From: Paraspadella gotoi
Lineage: Eukaryota > Animalia > Chaetognatha
NCBI GenBank assembly: GCA_051294375.1
Contig: CM119268.1
Span: 18,742,615-18,806,614 of the forward strand
Direction: 5' to 3'
Length of the DNA stretch: 64,000 nucleotides
Made by a program: the position numbers and the translations under genes. Every line of letters begins with the position of its first letter. The stretch's first letter is position 1. Positions 9,429 to 23,815 of this stretch are shown one piece after another. Below the pieces are notes generated by a model. The model was not told the origin of the DNA, searched no databases, and worked only from the letters and a program-made list of their open reading frames with translations.

Positions 9429-11716
9429 CTAAACTGACCGCAGGCCCGGATAAAGGCTCGCGCGTGGCGGGTGTTCCCGCTCCTGTCCCAAAGCGCCTCA
9501 CCAGCGACACCTCACGGTACATAATCTCCGTCGAGTAAACGCGCCCGAAATGAACCCTGAGACGAGAGGAAGTGGATTGAGAGGAAAATGAGAGGGCACT
9601 GAGAAATGAAGGAGCGGACTAGTATAAATGTTGCAGGTGGTGGCACCGAAGATGAACCATTCTTAGTTAGGAAAATTGTGGGATGAGGGGAAACGAAAAA
9701 TGGTAAATTGGGTGTGTTAAAAGCAAGCGAAACTTTACATATATTAATTTAATGTTAGACATAGTGTCTGTCTAATGCCGAAAATGTACGTCTAAAAACT
9801 TGAATAAATAGAATCGTAGTAATCTCAAATTAACTACAACGTCTCTTCTGATTATTTACCATGATACACTTGGTACAGTTCGGGGGTAGAAATTATATGT
9901 TTTGTTTATAAAGAAGGTTAGTAGAACATATGTATTTTGAGTCTTTACTTGTCGAAATCTTTCACAAGTCAGGAGAATTTTTGAGTCGTTGCGTGTGGTT
10001 AGAGAGAAGAAGATATCAACGTTATGAACTAAAAATAATGAGTCAGCACATAAAGAGTTAAAAGAGAGTTCCTTGAACAAATTATTTCCATGTTCCTATT
10101 AATATGGCAATATATAAATATAATATAATTATAATATAATATATATATAATATAGCGGCAGCTTCCTTATGACCACCAATTAACATAGAGTGGAGCACCA
10201 AGAACAAAAATTTATTTGAGTGATTTGAACAACTGATATTTAAGATTGTGAGATAGTAATGATTAACTAATATAAAAAAATTTTTGTTCATATTATCTCG
10301 GGAACAGAATAGTAAAATATAATATATTTATAGTATATCTTATAAAATAGTAAATTTTAAAAATAATTTTAATAAAACTTTTATAAAGAATTCAGTATTC
10401 TGTCATACAAACAAGGTTGAATCAAAAAATATAAAACATGTTATCAAAAATTCTGTCATCTTAAATGTTTTATAATAAGAAAAAAGGTGAAAATTCTTTG
10501 ACTTTTTTAATTCTCTGTAGTAGAAACTTATATTATGTTTAACACGTTTTAGTCATTTTTTGTGGATCTAAACATTGAAATTATCATATAAATATTTTAT
10601 AAAATGTTCTAGTTTTGATTGCGAATCCAAATCAGTTCTTAAATAAAAAACAATTATTTTGAATTTGACGATTTTATAAAGGATATTACTACATAAATAA
10701 TTGAATTTGCTATAAACTGTTATGCTAAAAAAAATTTTAAAAGGATTAAAAATTCATTAATTATATGTCTCATAGGTCAGCAAATAAATAATGTTCAATC
10801 ACTCAATCTTTTCAATCACTCCACCCTAATCCATAAGTAGTAGCTTCCCCCACCTCCCACCTCACCACATGCTTCCTGTCCAGCCATTCTGTCTTCGTCG
10901 TGCAGATAAAGAATTGGCTCTTGTTCGTGTTGGGCCCCGCGTTCGCCATCGACAGCACACCGGGTCCAGAGTGTTGCAGGTGAAATTTCGTCGTCGAAGG
11001 GCTGACCGTAGATGCTCTGACCCCGTGCCGTCGCTCGGGTGAAGTCCCCGCCTGGAAAAGAGAGGGGAGAGGCTTTTAGTGAAAGAATAAAGAGGAAGTG
11101 TGGTTGATAGAGAGGTAAAGTCGTTTAATAGAGAGGAAGTGTTGTTGAAAGATAGGTAGCGTTGATAGAGAGGATTATATTTTAATGACGTAGTGGGAGA
11201 GGAGTGTCGATACAAGTAGAAGGGAAGTAGAGAGAAAAGAGGAGGATAGAAAGGGAGGAGAGGAGAGAGAGAGGAGGAAATAGAGAGGAGAGAAGAGGAG
11301 GAGATAGAGAGGAGAGGACAGGGACGATAAGGGCGTTGATGAAGAGCAACTGGGAAGAAGTTTTTGGAAAGGTTTAGAAACTCTTTCCAATAAAAAGGTC
11401 GAGCTTTAGTTTAAAAGATAATGATAATTCAAGTTCTTTACATACAATTTGCACATACTGAGAGAAAATATAACTTGTGAGACAAATGTTGTATTTACTT
11501 AAACCTCAAAAAAAAAGAAAAACTTGTCGTAAACACCGACGCTTCTCTGTCCAACATACTTAGAGCGAAGCTTAAGTCTCTTTCAATCACCCGAGCGCGA
11601 GTATTAATAGCGGCGAAAAATGAACAACGAGAGAAAAAAAGGACAATAACAATAAAGTCAACAAGGAAGCAAAAGAGAGACTAAAAGCGTGCGTAGAAAC
11701 GACTTCCGAATGTAAA

Positions 11717-11755
<39 letters not shown>

Positions 11756-12684
11756 CAAGAAAGAAAGAAAGAAAAAAGAAAGAAAGAAAGAAAAGAAAGA
11801 AAGAAAGAAAGTAAAAAAAAGAAAGAACTAATGGCTAATAGCGAGAAAGTAAAATTGGCTGGGAAGATAGACGACGTTCGCGGGTAAGTGAATTAACGAG
11901 AGTAAGTCACGTAAGCATGGACTTATTCTGTTGTCTGTGTTGTCGTCAATTATTAAACTGTTTCGTCACTGAATTATTACCTAATTGTTTCAGTCCTCGG
12001 AATTTGTTAAGGGGAGAAGGCCACAGAAACAATATTTTCATTATCAAATTAAATTATTCGCTGACGAGCAGAAAACAGAGTCATTGTGGAGCGAGAATAA
12101 AAAAACACAAAAAAAAAAAACAAAAACAAAAGAACAGAGGGATTACCACTGAGAACCGTAGAACCAGTGAAAGAGAGAGAAATATGAAATTCTCATTTTT
12201 ACTTTTTAATCGAAAACATATGAAAAACAAATAAATAACAACGAAGTACGTAGTTAAAGGAAAAATATTATTTGAAAATTAAAAAAAGAAGGTCAAAATA
12301 GTAGAAAAACTAAAATTTTACGCTCAAAAATAGTGTTAAATACGTATAGGTTTTAGTATTTTTGAAATATTTTGAGAAAAAAGAAATTTTGATATCTTTT
12401 ATTCATTTGCTATAATTTAATCTAAAAATAAAATATAAATAAACTTTTTCACTTTACTTTCCACCATCCCGAGTTCCTCACCCTAACTCACCTGAATCAT
12501 AAACCGAGGGATGATGCGGTGTGGAAGGCGCTGCCTTGTAATCCGACCCCTTCTTCCCGTGCAGAGAAGCGGAAATTCTCGGCGTTTTCGGCACCACACG
12601 TCCGGCCGAAGCCTCCATGGTGATGCGTCCGGCGTCGTACTCGCCCGAGGAGAACGTCGAAATAACGCGAGGCAGAGCTGACAT
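9429..12684 (-). pseudogene. Frameshifted inverted copy of the cyclophilin gene (pseudogene or error-laden assembly duplicate)
   Basis: Exons at 12684-12492, 11051-10866 and ~9556-9429 mirror the + copy but carry many single-base indels typical of unpolished long reads. Confidence 0.75.
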
Positions 12685-13225
12685 TTTGGTTTTCGTTGTT
12701 TTGTTTTGATTTTTATTAGTTTTTTTTTGTTTTTATTTTTTATTTTTTCTTTATTTTTTTAGATTAATTCCCCTTTTATATATTTAATTAATAATTTGTT
12801 ATTTCTTTGTTTTCAAATCACTGTTTTTATTCAAGGCTAGTAAAGTGAAAATAGAGAAAAATGAGGTAGGTTGAGCTTTTGCCGGGAAATTATTTTTTTA
12901 TCTTTATATTAGTAAAATTTTTAATCGTCTCAGTCTCTGTCACGCTGTCTCTGTCTCTCACGCCAAATCGTTTTTTCCGCAAAGAAATAAAAAAAAAGAT
13001 AAAGAAATGCGAACGATCGTTGATTTAAGGAGAAAGCTCTCAGTCTCGATCTCGCTCCACGTCTCGCTCTCTCGCTCTCCATTTTTCTTCACTCTTCTCT
13101 TTTCTCTCGCTCTCATCGCTCTCTCGCTCTCGCAACGCCCACTCGGTCTCGTTCCGGTCGCGAGCGCGTCGGCGTCGAAAATGACGGAGACTGAATTTCT
13201 TTTCCGCTGCTGAGGTTTATCGTTT

Positions 13226-13258
<33 letters not shown>

Positions 13259-14134
13259 CAAGCTCCTCGTTAGTCGTCGTTAAGGTCAACGCAAGAGACT
13301 CGAGTAATCAGCCGTCGTCGTTGTTATATTCGTTGTTTGTTTTGTCGTATATGTGGTTTATAAATCAACAAGTGCCTTCGTCGTCGTCGTCGTCGTCGTC
13401 GGCGTCGTTGTCATGGGAGACGCCCTTCGATGAGATTAAAAATTTCGTGCGAAACACCTATTTGTTTGTTTTTTTTTTTTTTTGTTTTTTTTAGATCGAA
13501 GACGCTTTCTCCGATTTAGGAGATTTGTGGTCACGTGATCTAAGATGATTCGAAACGTTTAGTTAGTATTTAATATTTTTAAGGTGAATCGTTTATATTC
13601 CAGTTTTATTCGCGAAGAGACGTCGTTTCCAGTGACGCCTGAAGAATTAAAGAAAATAAGTTTGAGGAAGAGAAAAAAAAATCTTACCTTTTTCTTTATC
13701 AAGCGGAGATAAACAATAAAAAATTCGTGCTCCTTAATTGCCTCTTCCTCTCCCTCTCCTCTCTCTCTCCTCTCTCCCCCTTCTATCCTTTTTCTTCTCT
13801 TCCCTCCTTCTCCTCCTTTCTTCTTTCTCCCTTTTCCCTTCCTCTCTCTCTCTCCCATTTCTGCTCTTTTCATCTCTCTTCATGTTATTTTCTCTTTTTA
13901 GTCTCTCGTGTTTGTTTTTGGACTGTTTTTCTTTGACACTGCCGATGATAGGGCTCCACAGACGTCGACCAAAACGACGACAGTGACGAAGACCACGGAC
14001 GACGTTGACGACGACGATGACCACGACGAAAACGATGACGTTGACCCCGAAAATATAAAAAACGAGGATGATCCCTAATGGTCAATGGTCGTCGACCAAA
14101 ACGATGCTTATGACCATCACGATTACAAATACTC

Positions 14135-14162
14135 AATAATATAATTATAATAATAATAATAA

Positions 14163-14208
<46 letters not shown>

Positions 14209-14210
14209 TA

Positions 14211-14249
<39 letters not shown>

Positions 14250-14275
14250 TAATAAATAATAATAATATAATATAC

Positions 14276-14310
<35 letters not shown>

Positions 14311-14350
14311 TAATAATAATAATAATAATAAAATGAATAATATAAATAAT
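14135..14350. repeat. (AAT)n microsatellite
   Basis: Direct reading; shorter mirror copy at ~17460-17540. Confidence 0.9.
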
Positions 14351-14549
14351 AATAATATTAAATAAATATTAATGATGATAGTAATGGTAATAATGATAAT
14401 GATAATAACAATCAAAAGTAAAAAACGACGACGACGATGACGACGACGATCATAATACATCAGGATTTCTCTGCCGTTGATGAGAATTTTATCTTATGAA
14501 ATTTTTCCTAGTGCTTTTTTGTTTGTTGTTGTCTTATCTTTCTCTCTCA

Positions 14550-14631
<82 letters not shown>

Positions 14632-15792
14632 CTCCGAGTGTGTCACTTTCATCTTCACACATTCTTTGTTTCTCGGGACAAAGAAATTTTTTCACCACCA
14701 GGATTTTCTCTCCTAATTATATATTATTTATATATTTATAAACGCAAAACTTAGTTCCTTTTATTGTTTTAACATTACGTAACGTCTTGAAGTAAAAAAT
14801 CTCGCACAACATTTAATGAAACAAATACATGATTACGATCAATTTGAAAATTAAAAAAAAAACTACTGTAATAACTTTTCATTACATAATTGATAAGTGG
14901 TTTAAGGCTAATATTCATCTATTGATCAATGATAATCATTATCTTTTTTTTAAGTCACTCGGTATTTCCGATTTTTATTTTCGTCGCGTTAGGCGTCGAA
15001 GATATCTCGTCTCGATTGGCAAAGCTTGTATCGCTTGGCAGACGCCTATTTTGCTTGCCTCATTCGCAATTTAGCTTTCATTAGGACGAAACCCCTCGTC
15101 GTTCGGTCCTCAAGGTCGCGAAAGAGAATAAAGCATTTGTTTTATTTTTTTCTCTCCTTCGTTTTTCTTTCGTTTCTTCCTTTGTTTTGTTGTTTTTTTC
15201 TTCTTTTGTTCCCCCGAGAAACTTGTTGCATCATTAAGCGGAAAGGAGGCTAAACGGATTAATCAGTAGGAGACAGTGAGAAAAAAGGTTGAGGCGGTGA
15301 GAACGGATGGAGGCGGGTGAGGCCGGTGAGGTGAGGGGAACAGAAGGTCAGATTCTTGAGAAAGAGAGAAAAGCGATTGAGTCCGACTTTGTTTAGATGA
15401 AGTTGATGGGGAGGGTGAGGGGGTTGGTTGTTGTTATTGTCGTTGTTGATGCTTGCTTGCTTGCTTGTTTGCTTGCTTGCTATTGTCGTTCGTGGAGATT
15501 GAGATTTGGGGGATGAGATGAATGCGATGGTGAAGTTGGTAATCCCATTATGAAATTTAAAGAAACATATTATTTTGCTAAAATAATATTAATCTGATTC
15601 GAAATATGGAGAAGAGATATTTCATTTTTTAATAAAAGAACATATAAAGATGGATAAGTTGAGGAGAGAAGGAAAGATGTGAGAACTCAGTCGTGATAAG
15701 TGAAGGAAGTGAAAGCGAATCACAGTCCTCGTGCAAACGTGTATCTCTCTGAAAATGGAATCGAGGGAGACGTGGGACTGGCACACACACAC

Positions 15793-15865
<73 letters not shown>

Positions 15866-15900
15866 TTATAATAAAAGAGGGAGAGAGAGAGAGAGAGAGA

Positions 15901-15972
<72 letters not shown>

Positions 15973-16005
15973 AAAGCCAANNNNNNNNNNNNNNNNNNNN
16001 NNNNN

Positions 16006-16043
<38 letters not shown>

Positions 16044-17231
16044 GTGTGTGTGTGCCAGTCCCACGTCTCCCTCGATTCCATTTTCAGAGAGATACACGTT
16101 TTGCACGAGACTGTGATTCGCTTTCACTCCTCACTTATCACGACTGAGTTCTCACATCTTTCCTTCTCCCTCAACTTATCCATCTTTATATGTTCTTTTA
16201 TTAAAAATGAAATATCTCTCTCCATATTTCGAATCAGATTAATATTATTTTAGCAAAATAATTATGTTTCTTTAAATTTCATAATGGATTACCAACTTCA
16301 CCATCGCATTCATCTCATCCCCCAAATCTCAATCTCCACGAACGACAATAGCAAGCAAGCAAACAAGCAAGCAAGCAAGCATCAACAACGACAATAACAA
16401 CAACCAAACCCCCTCACCCTCCCCCATCACTTCATCTAAACAAAGTCGGACTCAATCGCCCTTTCTCTCTTTATCAAAATCTGACCTTCATGTTCCCCTC
16501 ACCTCACCCGGCCTCACCCGTCCTCATCCGTTCTCACCGCCTCACCTTTTTTCTCATGTCTCCTACTGATTAATCCGTTTAGCCTCCTTTCCGCTTAATG
16601 ATGCACAAGTTTCTCGGGGAACAAAAAGAAGAAAAAAACAACAAAACAAAGGAAGAAACGAAAGAAAAACGAAGGAGAGAAAAAAAGTAAACAAATGCTT
16701 TATTCTCTTTCGCGACCTTGAGGACCGAACGACGAGGGAGTTTCGTCCTAATGAAAGCTAATTGCGAATGAGGCAAGCAAAATAGGCGTCTGCCAAGCGA
16801 TACAAGCTTTGCCAATCGAGACGAGATATCTTCCGACGCCTAACGCGACGAAAATAAAAATCGGAAATACCGAGTGACTTAAAAAAAAGATAATGATTAT
16901 CATTGATCAATAATGATTAGCCTTAAACGACTTATCAATATGTAATGAATAGTTTATTACAGTAGTGTTTTTTTTTTAATTTTCAATTGATCGTAATCAT
17001 GTATTTGTTTCATTAAATTAAATGTGTGCGAGATTTTTACTTCAAGACGTTACGTAATGTTAAAACAATAAAAGGAACTTAAGTTTGCGTTTAAAATATA
17101 TAAATAATATATAATTAGGAGAAAATCCTGGTGGTGAAAAAATATTTCTTTGTCCCGAGAAACAAAGAATGTGTGAAGATGAAAGTGACAACACTCGGAA
17201 GAGAGAGGAAAGGAGAGAGAGAGAGAGAGAG

Positions 17232-17287
<56 letters not shown>

Positions 17288-17478
17288 TCAGAGAAAGATA
17301 AGACGAACAACAAACAAAGAGCACAGGAAAAAAAATTTCATAAGATAAAATTCTCATCAACGACAGAGAAATCCTGATGTATTATGATCGTCGTCGTCAT
17401 CGTCGTCGTCGTTTTTTTACTTTTGATTGTTATTATCATTATCATTATTACCATTACTATCATCATTAATATTATTAA

Positions 17479-17539
<61 letters not shown>

Positions 17540-18058
17540 GGAGTATTTGTAATCGTGATGGTCATAAGCATCGTTTTGGTCGACGACCATTGACCATTAG
17601 GGATCATCCTCGTTTTTTATATTTCGGGGTCAACGTCATCGTTTTCGTCGTGGTCATCGTCGTCGTCAACGTCGTCGTGGTCTTCGTCACTGTCGTCGTT
17701 TTGGTCGACGTCTGTGGAGCCCTATCATCGGCAGTGTCAAAGAAAAACAGTCCAAAACAAACACGAGAGACTAAAAAGAGAGAAATAACATGAAAAACGA
17801 GAGAGAGAGAGAGAGAGAGAGGCAATTAAGGGAGCACGAATTTTTTTATTGTTTATCTCCGCTTGATAAAGAAAAAGGTAAGATTTTTTTTCTTCTTCCT
17901 CAAACTTATTTTCTTTTAATTCTTCAGGCGTCACTGGAAACGACGTCTCTATCGGAATAAAACGATTTCACCTTAAAAATATGAAATATAACTAAACGTT
18001 TCGAATCAATCTTAGATCACGTGACCACAAATCTCCTAAATCGGAAAAGCGTCTTCGA

Positions 18059-18106
<48 letters not shown>

Positions 18107-18885
18107 AAATTGGTTTTCGCACGAATTTTAAATCTTCATCGAAGGGCGTCTCCCATGACAACGACGCCGACGACGACGACGACGACGACGAAGGCACTTG
18201 TTGATTTATAAACCACATATACGACAAACAACAACAACGAATATAACAACGACGACGGCTGATTACTCGAGTCTCTTGCGTTGACCTTAACGACGNNNNN
18301 NNNNNGGAGCTGCTGTTGTGGTTGCTGTTGCTGCTGCTGTTGTAAAGCGATAAACCTCAGCAGCGGAAAAGAAATTCAGTCTCCGTCATTTTCGACGCCG
18401 ACGCGCTCGACGCCGGAACGAGACCGAGTGGGCGTTGCGAGAGCGAGAGAGCGAGAGAGCGAGAGAAAAAGAGAAATGAGTGAGAGAGCGAGAGAGCGAG
18501 ACGTGGAGCGAGATCGAGACTGAGAGCTTTTCTCCTTAAATCAACGATCGTCGCATTTCTTTATCTTTTTTTTATTTCTTTGCGGAAAAACGATTTGGCG
18601 TGAGAGACAGAGACAGCGTGACAGAGACTGAGACGATTAAAAATTTTACTAATATAAAGATAAAAAAATAATTTCCCGGCAAAAGCTCAACCTACCTCAT
18701 TTTGCTCCTATTTTCACTTTACTAGCCTTGAATAAAACACTGATTGAAAAACAAAATTAAAACAAAAGATAAAAATTATTAATTAAATATATAAAAGGGG
18801 AATTAATCTAAAAAAATAAAGAAAAAATAAAAAATAAAAACAAAATAAAAACTAATAAAAATCAAACAAAACAACGAAAACCAAA

Positions 18886-19078
18886 ATGTCAGCTCTGCCT
18901 CGCGTTTATTTCGACGTCTCCATCGGCGAGTACGACGCCGGACGCATCACCATGGAGCTTCGGCCGGACGTGGTGCCGAAAACGGCCGAGAATTTCCGGC
19001 TTCTCTGCACGGGAGAGAAGGGGGTCGGATACAAAGGCAGCGCCTTCCACCGCATCATCCCTCGGTTTATGATTCAGG
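18886..19078 (+). CDS. PPIA: Cyclophilin A-type peptidyl-prolyl cis-trans isomerase, exon 1 of 3
   Basis: [64 protein letters not shown](G); phase-1 donor G|GTGAGT at 19079. Symbol denotes the family (PPIA-like), orthology not established. Confidence 0.93.
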
Positions 19079-19788
19079 GTGAGTTAGGGTGAGGAACTCG
19101 GGATGGTGGAAAGTAAAGTGAAAAGTAAGATTTTAGTCTTTCTGTTTATTTATTTATTTTTAGATTAAATTATAGCAAATGAATAAAAGATATCAAAATT
19201 TCTTTTTTCTCAAATATTTCAAAAATACTAAAACCTATACTGTATTTAACTTTGAGCGTAAAATTTTAGTTTTTTTCTACTATTTTGACCTTCTTTTTTT
19301 AATTTTCGAATAATAATTTTCCTTTAACTACGTACTTCGTTGTTATTTATTTGTTTTTCATATGTTTTCGATTAAAAAGTAAAATGAGAATTTCATATTT
19401 CTCTCTCTTTCACTGGTTCTACGGTTCTCAGTGGTAATCCCTCTGTTCTTTTGTTTTTGTTTTTTTTTGTTTTGTGTTTTTTATTCTCGCTCCACAATGA
19501 CTCTGTTTTCTTGCTTCGTCAGCGAATAATTTAATTTGATAATGAAAATATTGTTTCTGTGGCCTTCTCCCCTTAACAAATTCGAGACTGAACAAATTAG
19601 GTAATAATTCAGTGACGAAACAGTTTTAATAATTGACGAGACAACAGACAACAGAGTAAGTCCATGCTTACGTGACTTACTCTCGTTAATCACTTACCCG
19701 CGAACGTCGTCTATCTTCCCAGCCAATTTTACTTTCTCGCTATTAGCCATTAGTTCTTTCTTTTTTTTACTTTCTTTCTTTCTTAATT

Positions 19789-19868
<80 letters not shown>

Positions 19869-20558
19869 TTTACATCGGAAGTCGTTCTACGACGCTTTTA
19901 GTTCTCTTTTGCTTCCTTGTTGACTTTATTGTTATTGTCCTTTTTTTTCTCTCGTTGTCATTTTCGCCGCTATTAATACTCGCGCTCGGGTGATTGAAAG
20001 AGACTTAAGCTTCGGCTCTAAGTATGTATGGACAGAGAAGCGTCGATGTTACGACAAGTTTTTTTTTTTTTTTTCGAGGTTTAAGTAAATACAACATTTG
20101 TCTCACAGTATAATTTTCTCTCAGATGTGCAAATTGTATGTAAAGACATTGAATTATCATTATCTTTTAAACTAAAGCTCGGACTTCGTTATTATGAAAG
20201 AGTTTCTAAACCTTTCCAAAAACTTCTCTCCCAGTTGCTCTTCATCAACGCCCTTATCTCCTGTCCTCTCCTCTCTATCTCCTCCTCTTCTCTCTTCTCT
20301 ATTTCCTCCTCTTCTCTCCTCTCTATTTCCTCTCCTCCTCTTCTCTCCTCTCCTCTCCTTTCTATCTCCTCTTTTCTCTCTACTTCCCTCTACTTGTATC
20401 GACACTCCTCTCCCACTACGTCATTAAAATATAATCCTCTCTATCAACGCTACCTATCTTTCAACAACACTTCCTCTCTATTAAACGACTTTACCTCTCT
20501 ATCAACCACACTTCCTCTTTATTCTTTCCTAAAGCCTCCTCCTCCCTCTCTTTTCCAG

Positions 20559-20749
20559 GCGGGGACTTCACCCGAGGCGACGGCACGGGGGGTCAGAGCA
20601 TCTACGGTCAGCCCTTCGACGACGAAAACTTTCACCTGCAACACTCTGGACCCGGTGTGCTGTCGATGGCGAACGCGGGGCCCAACACGAACAAGAGCCA
20701 ATTCTTTATCTGCACGACGAAGACAGAATGGCTGGACAGGAAGCATGTG
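20559..20749 (+). CDS. PPIA: Cyclophilin A-type PPIase, exon 2 of 3
   Basis: Polypyrimidine tract plus CAG acceptor; [64 protein letters not shown]; donor GTGAGG at 20750. Confidence 0.93.
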
Positions 20750-21402
20750 GTGAGGCGGGGAGGGGGGGGGAAGCTACTACTATGTTGATTGGTGGTCATA
20801 AGGAAAGCTAGCGCTATATTATATATTATATTATATTATATTATATTATATTATTATTATATTATATTATTTATATTATTATATTATATTATATTATATT
20901 ATATTATATTATTATATTATGATAGGACATGGAAAAATTTGTCAAGGAACTTTTTTTAACTCTTTATGTGCGACTATTATTTTTAGTCATAACTATATCG
21001 TTCTTTTTATACCACACGAAGATTACAAAATTTTCACTTGTAAAGATTTCGACAAGTAAGACTAAAAAAAATATTGTATTAAATCTTTATAAACAAAACA
21101 TAAATTTCTACTCCAGAAACTGTACCAAGTGTATCATGTAAATAATAGAAGACGTTTTTAATTTGAGATTACTACGATTTTTTATTTCAATTTTAGACGT
21201 ACATGTTTCGGCTTTAACAATGTCTAACATGTAAATAATATTTAAAGTTCCTTGCTTTTAAAACCAATTTACATTTTTTCCTCACCACAATTTTTCCTAA
21301 CTAAAATGAGTTTTATCTTCGGCCACACCTGCAACCATTTATCTGCCGCTCCTTCATGTCTGCTCCTCTATTTTCTCTCCACTCCACTTCCTCTCCGCTC
21401 AG

Positions 21403-21516
21403 GTCTTCGGGCGCGTTATCGACGGGATGGACGTGGTGTCGCTGGTGGAGGCGCTTGGTAGCAGGAGCGGAAAACCCGCAGCGCGAGCCTTTATCCGGGC
21501 CTGCGGACAGTTGTAG
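21403..21516 (+). CDS. PPIA: Cyclophilin A-type PPIase, exon 3 of 3
   Basis: CAG acceptor; VFGRVIDGMDVVSLVEALGSRSGKPAARAFIRACGQL-stop. Spliced CDS is 193+191+114 = 498 nt, giving 165 aa in frame. Confidence 0.93.
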   Translation, partial: VFGRVIDGMDVVSLVEALGSRSGKPAARAFIRACGQL

Positions 21517-23781
21517 GAGCGGAAAAAGGGGGGAGTTGTTGTTGGAGTGGAGAATCTCTGCGGTAGCGAAAGGTCATTAGAGTGAGAGGAAGATTGTGAG
21601 TGCGGTCGCTGGAATGAGAGAAAATTTGACGAAAAACTTTAGAGAACGTCAGGTTGTTGGAATAAAGAGTCGTTGAGGGAGGGAGAGGTTGTTGGAGCTT
21701 AGGGTCGTTGAAGGAGCGAACTCTTTCGCTCTTAGCTGGAGTTCCTCCGTCAAATAAACTTGAAGAAAACTAAGGTGGAATTGGAAACGACTGTTGGAAA
21801 TGGCGGCCGACAGCGTCGATTACGATCGTCCGAGGAACGCCCGCACAAAAAAACAAAATAAAAGACAATAACAAACTATTTCACCCCCCCCAGTCCCCCC
21901 CCCACCAAAAGATAAATGTGAGCTCCTCTCCCGTATTTAAATTTGTTTTTACTTCGACCATCGTCGAAAATATAAAAACAAATTCTTACACATAATTAGC
22001 ATAATTTACGATTTGAATGAGATTTTTTTTTCAATCGTTCGTCTGGTGAACGCTACTTTTTTTTTTCTTTATGGAAATATCGCACGAGATATTTATTATT
22101 CAAAATGTTCGTTGCATATATTTACTATGAATGAATGTCGTTGAATAATTATGTTTTCGGCCAAAGCGCATGCGTTCTGAACTCGTCTCATCCGTACATC
22201 CGATTTTCAGCGATGATAATGGAGAAGAGATTTTTTTTTTATCAAATCTTGGTTCACTTCGCGATTTTAGAATCGACACAATATTGCTATGAATTTAATG
22301 CGACTGAAAAAGTTGATTAGCGACTTCATCAATTAAAATTACTTTTTTATTCATCGCATCTCACTTCGTATTAAAATCGAAATCATTTTTAATGAAAAAC
22401 ATTTTTTCTGCATTTTTTATGCGTGAAGTGTGAAAAAAAATAAAATTAACTGTCTTTTTTAAATAAAACTTCCTTAGTATATCTACGGAATAATTAATTC
22501 ATTTCATGTCGGGCGTAATTTATTGAATAAATAGTTTTAAAATTTACAAATTATCATTGTTTTATTTCTTTTTGTAAATTTGTGTCTAATATTCCAAGAA
22601 AAACTTTTCTCTCTTTTAATCATCTTCTTCTTCGTCGTCGTCATCATCATGATTTTTTGAGAAGAGAAAGTGAGCGTTCTAATTTTTTTTGGGGCCAAAT
22701 AATATTTGGAAAGAGAAGAAATTTCGTATTTGGGTTCAGCTGGTGTCGGGTTTGTTGCTGCCGCTTTTCCTTTTATTTTACAGACATCGTCCGGTTCATT
22801 TTACTCTTTCTTTTTCTTTCTTTCCTTTTTTCAATCCTTGACTTTCCATTTTCTTTCTTAATTTTTGTTGCTCCAATTTTTTTTAAATCTCCTTGTCTTT
22901 TGTCTTTTGTCTTTTTGCTTTTGTGTTTCGTCTCTCAGCTTTTTTTACTCATCTTTCCAATTTCTCTAATTCACAGTCGCTTTTTAACTATTTCTTCAGC
23001 AGTTCTTTTCTTTTTTAGTTTTTATTCACATTATTCGTGTCTTTTTATTCCCTCCTTTTCTTTAATATTTCAGGATAAAATTGTCTTTTTTTTATTCTTC
23101 TTCTCCCATTTTCCCCTCTTTCATTTTTTTTCTCTTTCTGTCCTCCGTTAATCTTTCCCTTTTTCCTCTCTCCCACCTTCCTCTCTCTCCTCTCTCTCTT
23201 CTTCCTCTTCCTACCTTCCCCGGTGAGGTCTCATGCGGTTCTGTTAAATTCCAATTTTTGTTTCCCACCTGTCTTAAGTTCTTAACTTTAAACGGAGATT
23301 GAAGTTTTTTTTTTGTTTTTTTTTTATTTCTGTTTGTTTTATTTTTTTTTCTTTTTTTTTTAAACTGAAAATTGAAAAATATTTCCGCCCCCTACATCTC
23401 GTCATCTTCCTCCTCCTCCTTTTCCTCCTCCTCCTCCTCCTCCTCCTATTTCCACTAAATTGGGTGAGCTTCCCACCCTAAGTAGTTTTTACTTTTATCC
23501 ACCCTTTTTTTTCATATCCTTCCGCATTTCTCCCTTCTAATCTTGATCCGATTCTAAACAAATTTTGTTCTGATATCAATCTTTGTCTCATCCCTCCAAT
23601 CCCTATCATCCCACGGCTCAACTCTCTCTTCCTCCTCCCTCCCTCCCTCCCTTCTCCTGCCTCCTCCTCCTTCCTTCCTCCCTCCCCCCTCTCTCCCTCT
23701 CACATATCTCCTTTCCTCTTCCGCCGCCGAAATCTTTGCACCAAAAGATGAACACATTCGCAACTAGTCGGAACTAAAACG

Positions 23782-23815
<34 letters not shown>

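Larger units (their letters stand above)
9315..21620. repeat. Large inverted duplication (arms ~9315-15860 and 16006-21620) centred on a 25-N gap
   Basis: Reverse-complement identity is readable throughout (cyclophilin exons, introns, upstream SSRs). Centre is (TA)n/(GA)n plus the gap at 15981-16005. Confidence 0.92.

Noticed and set aside
12061-12082. CUGACGA..GAAA..GUC hammerhead-like string (also CUGAUGA at 4412 -, 30753 and 45522)
   Set aside because: Stems I, II and III cannot form; chance matches.
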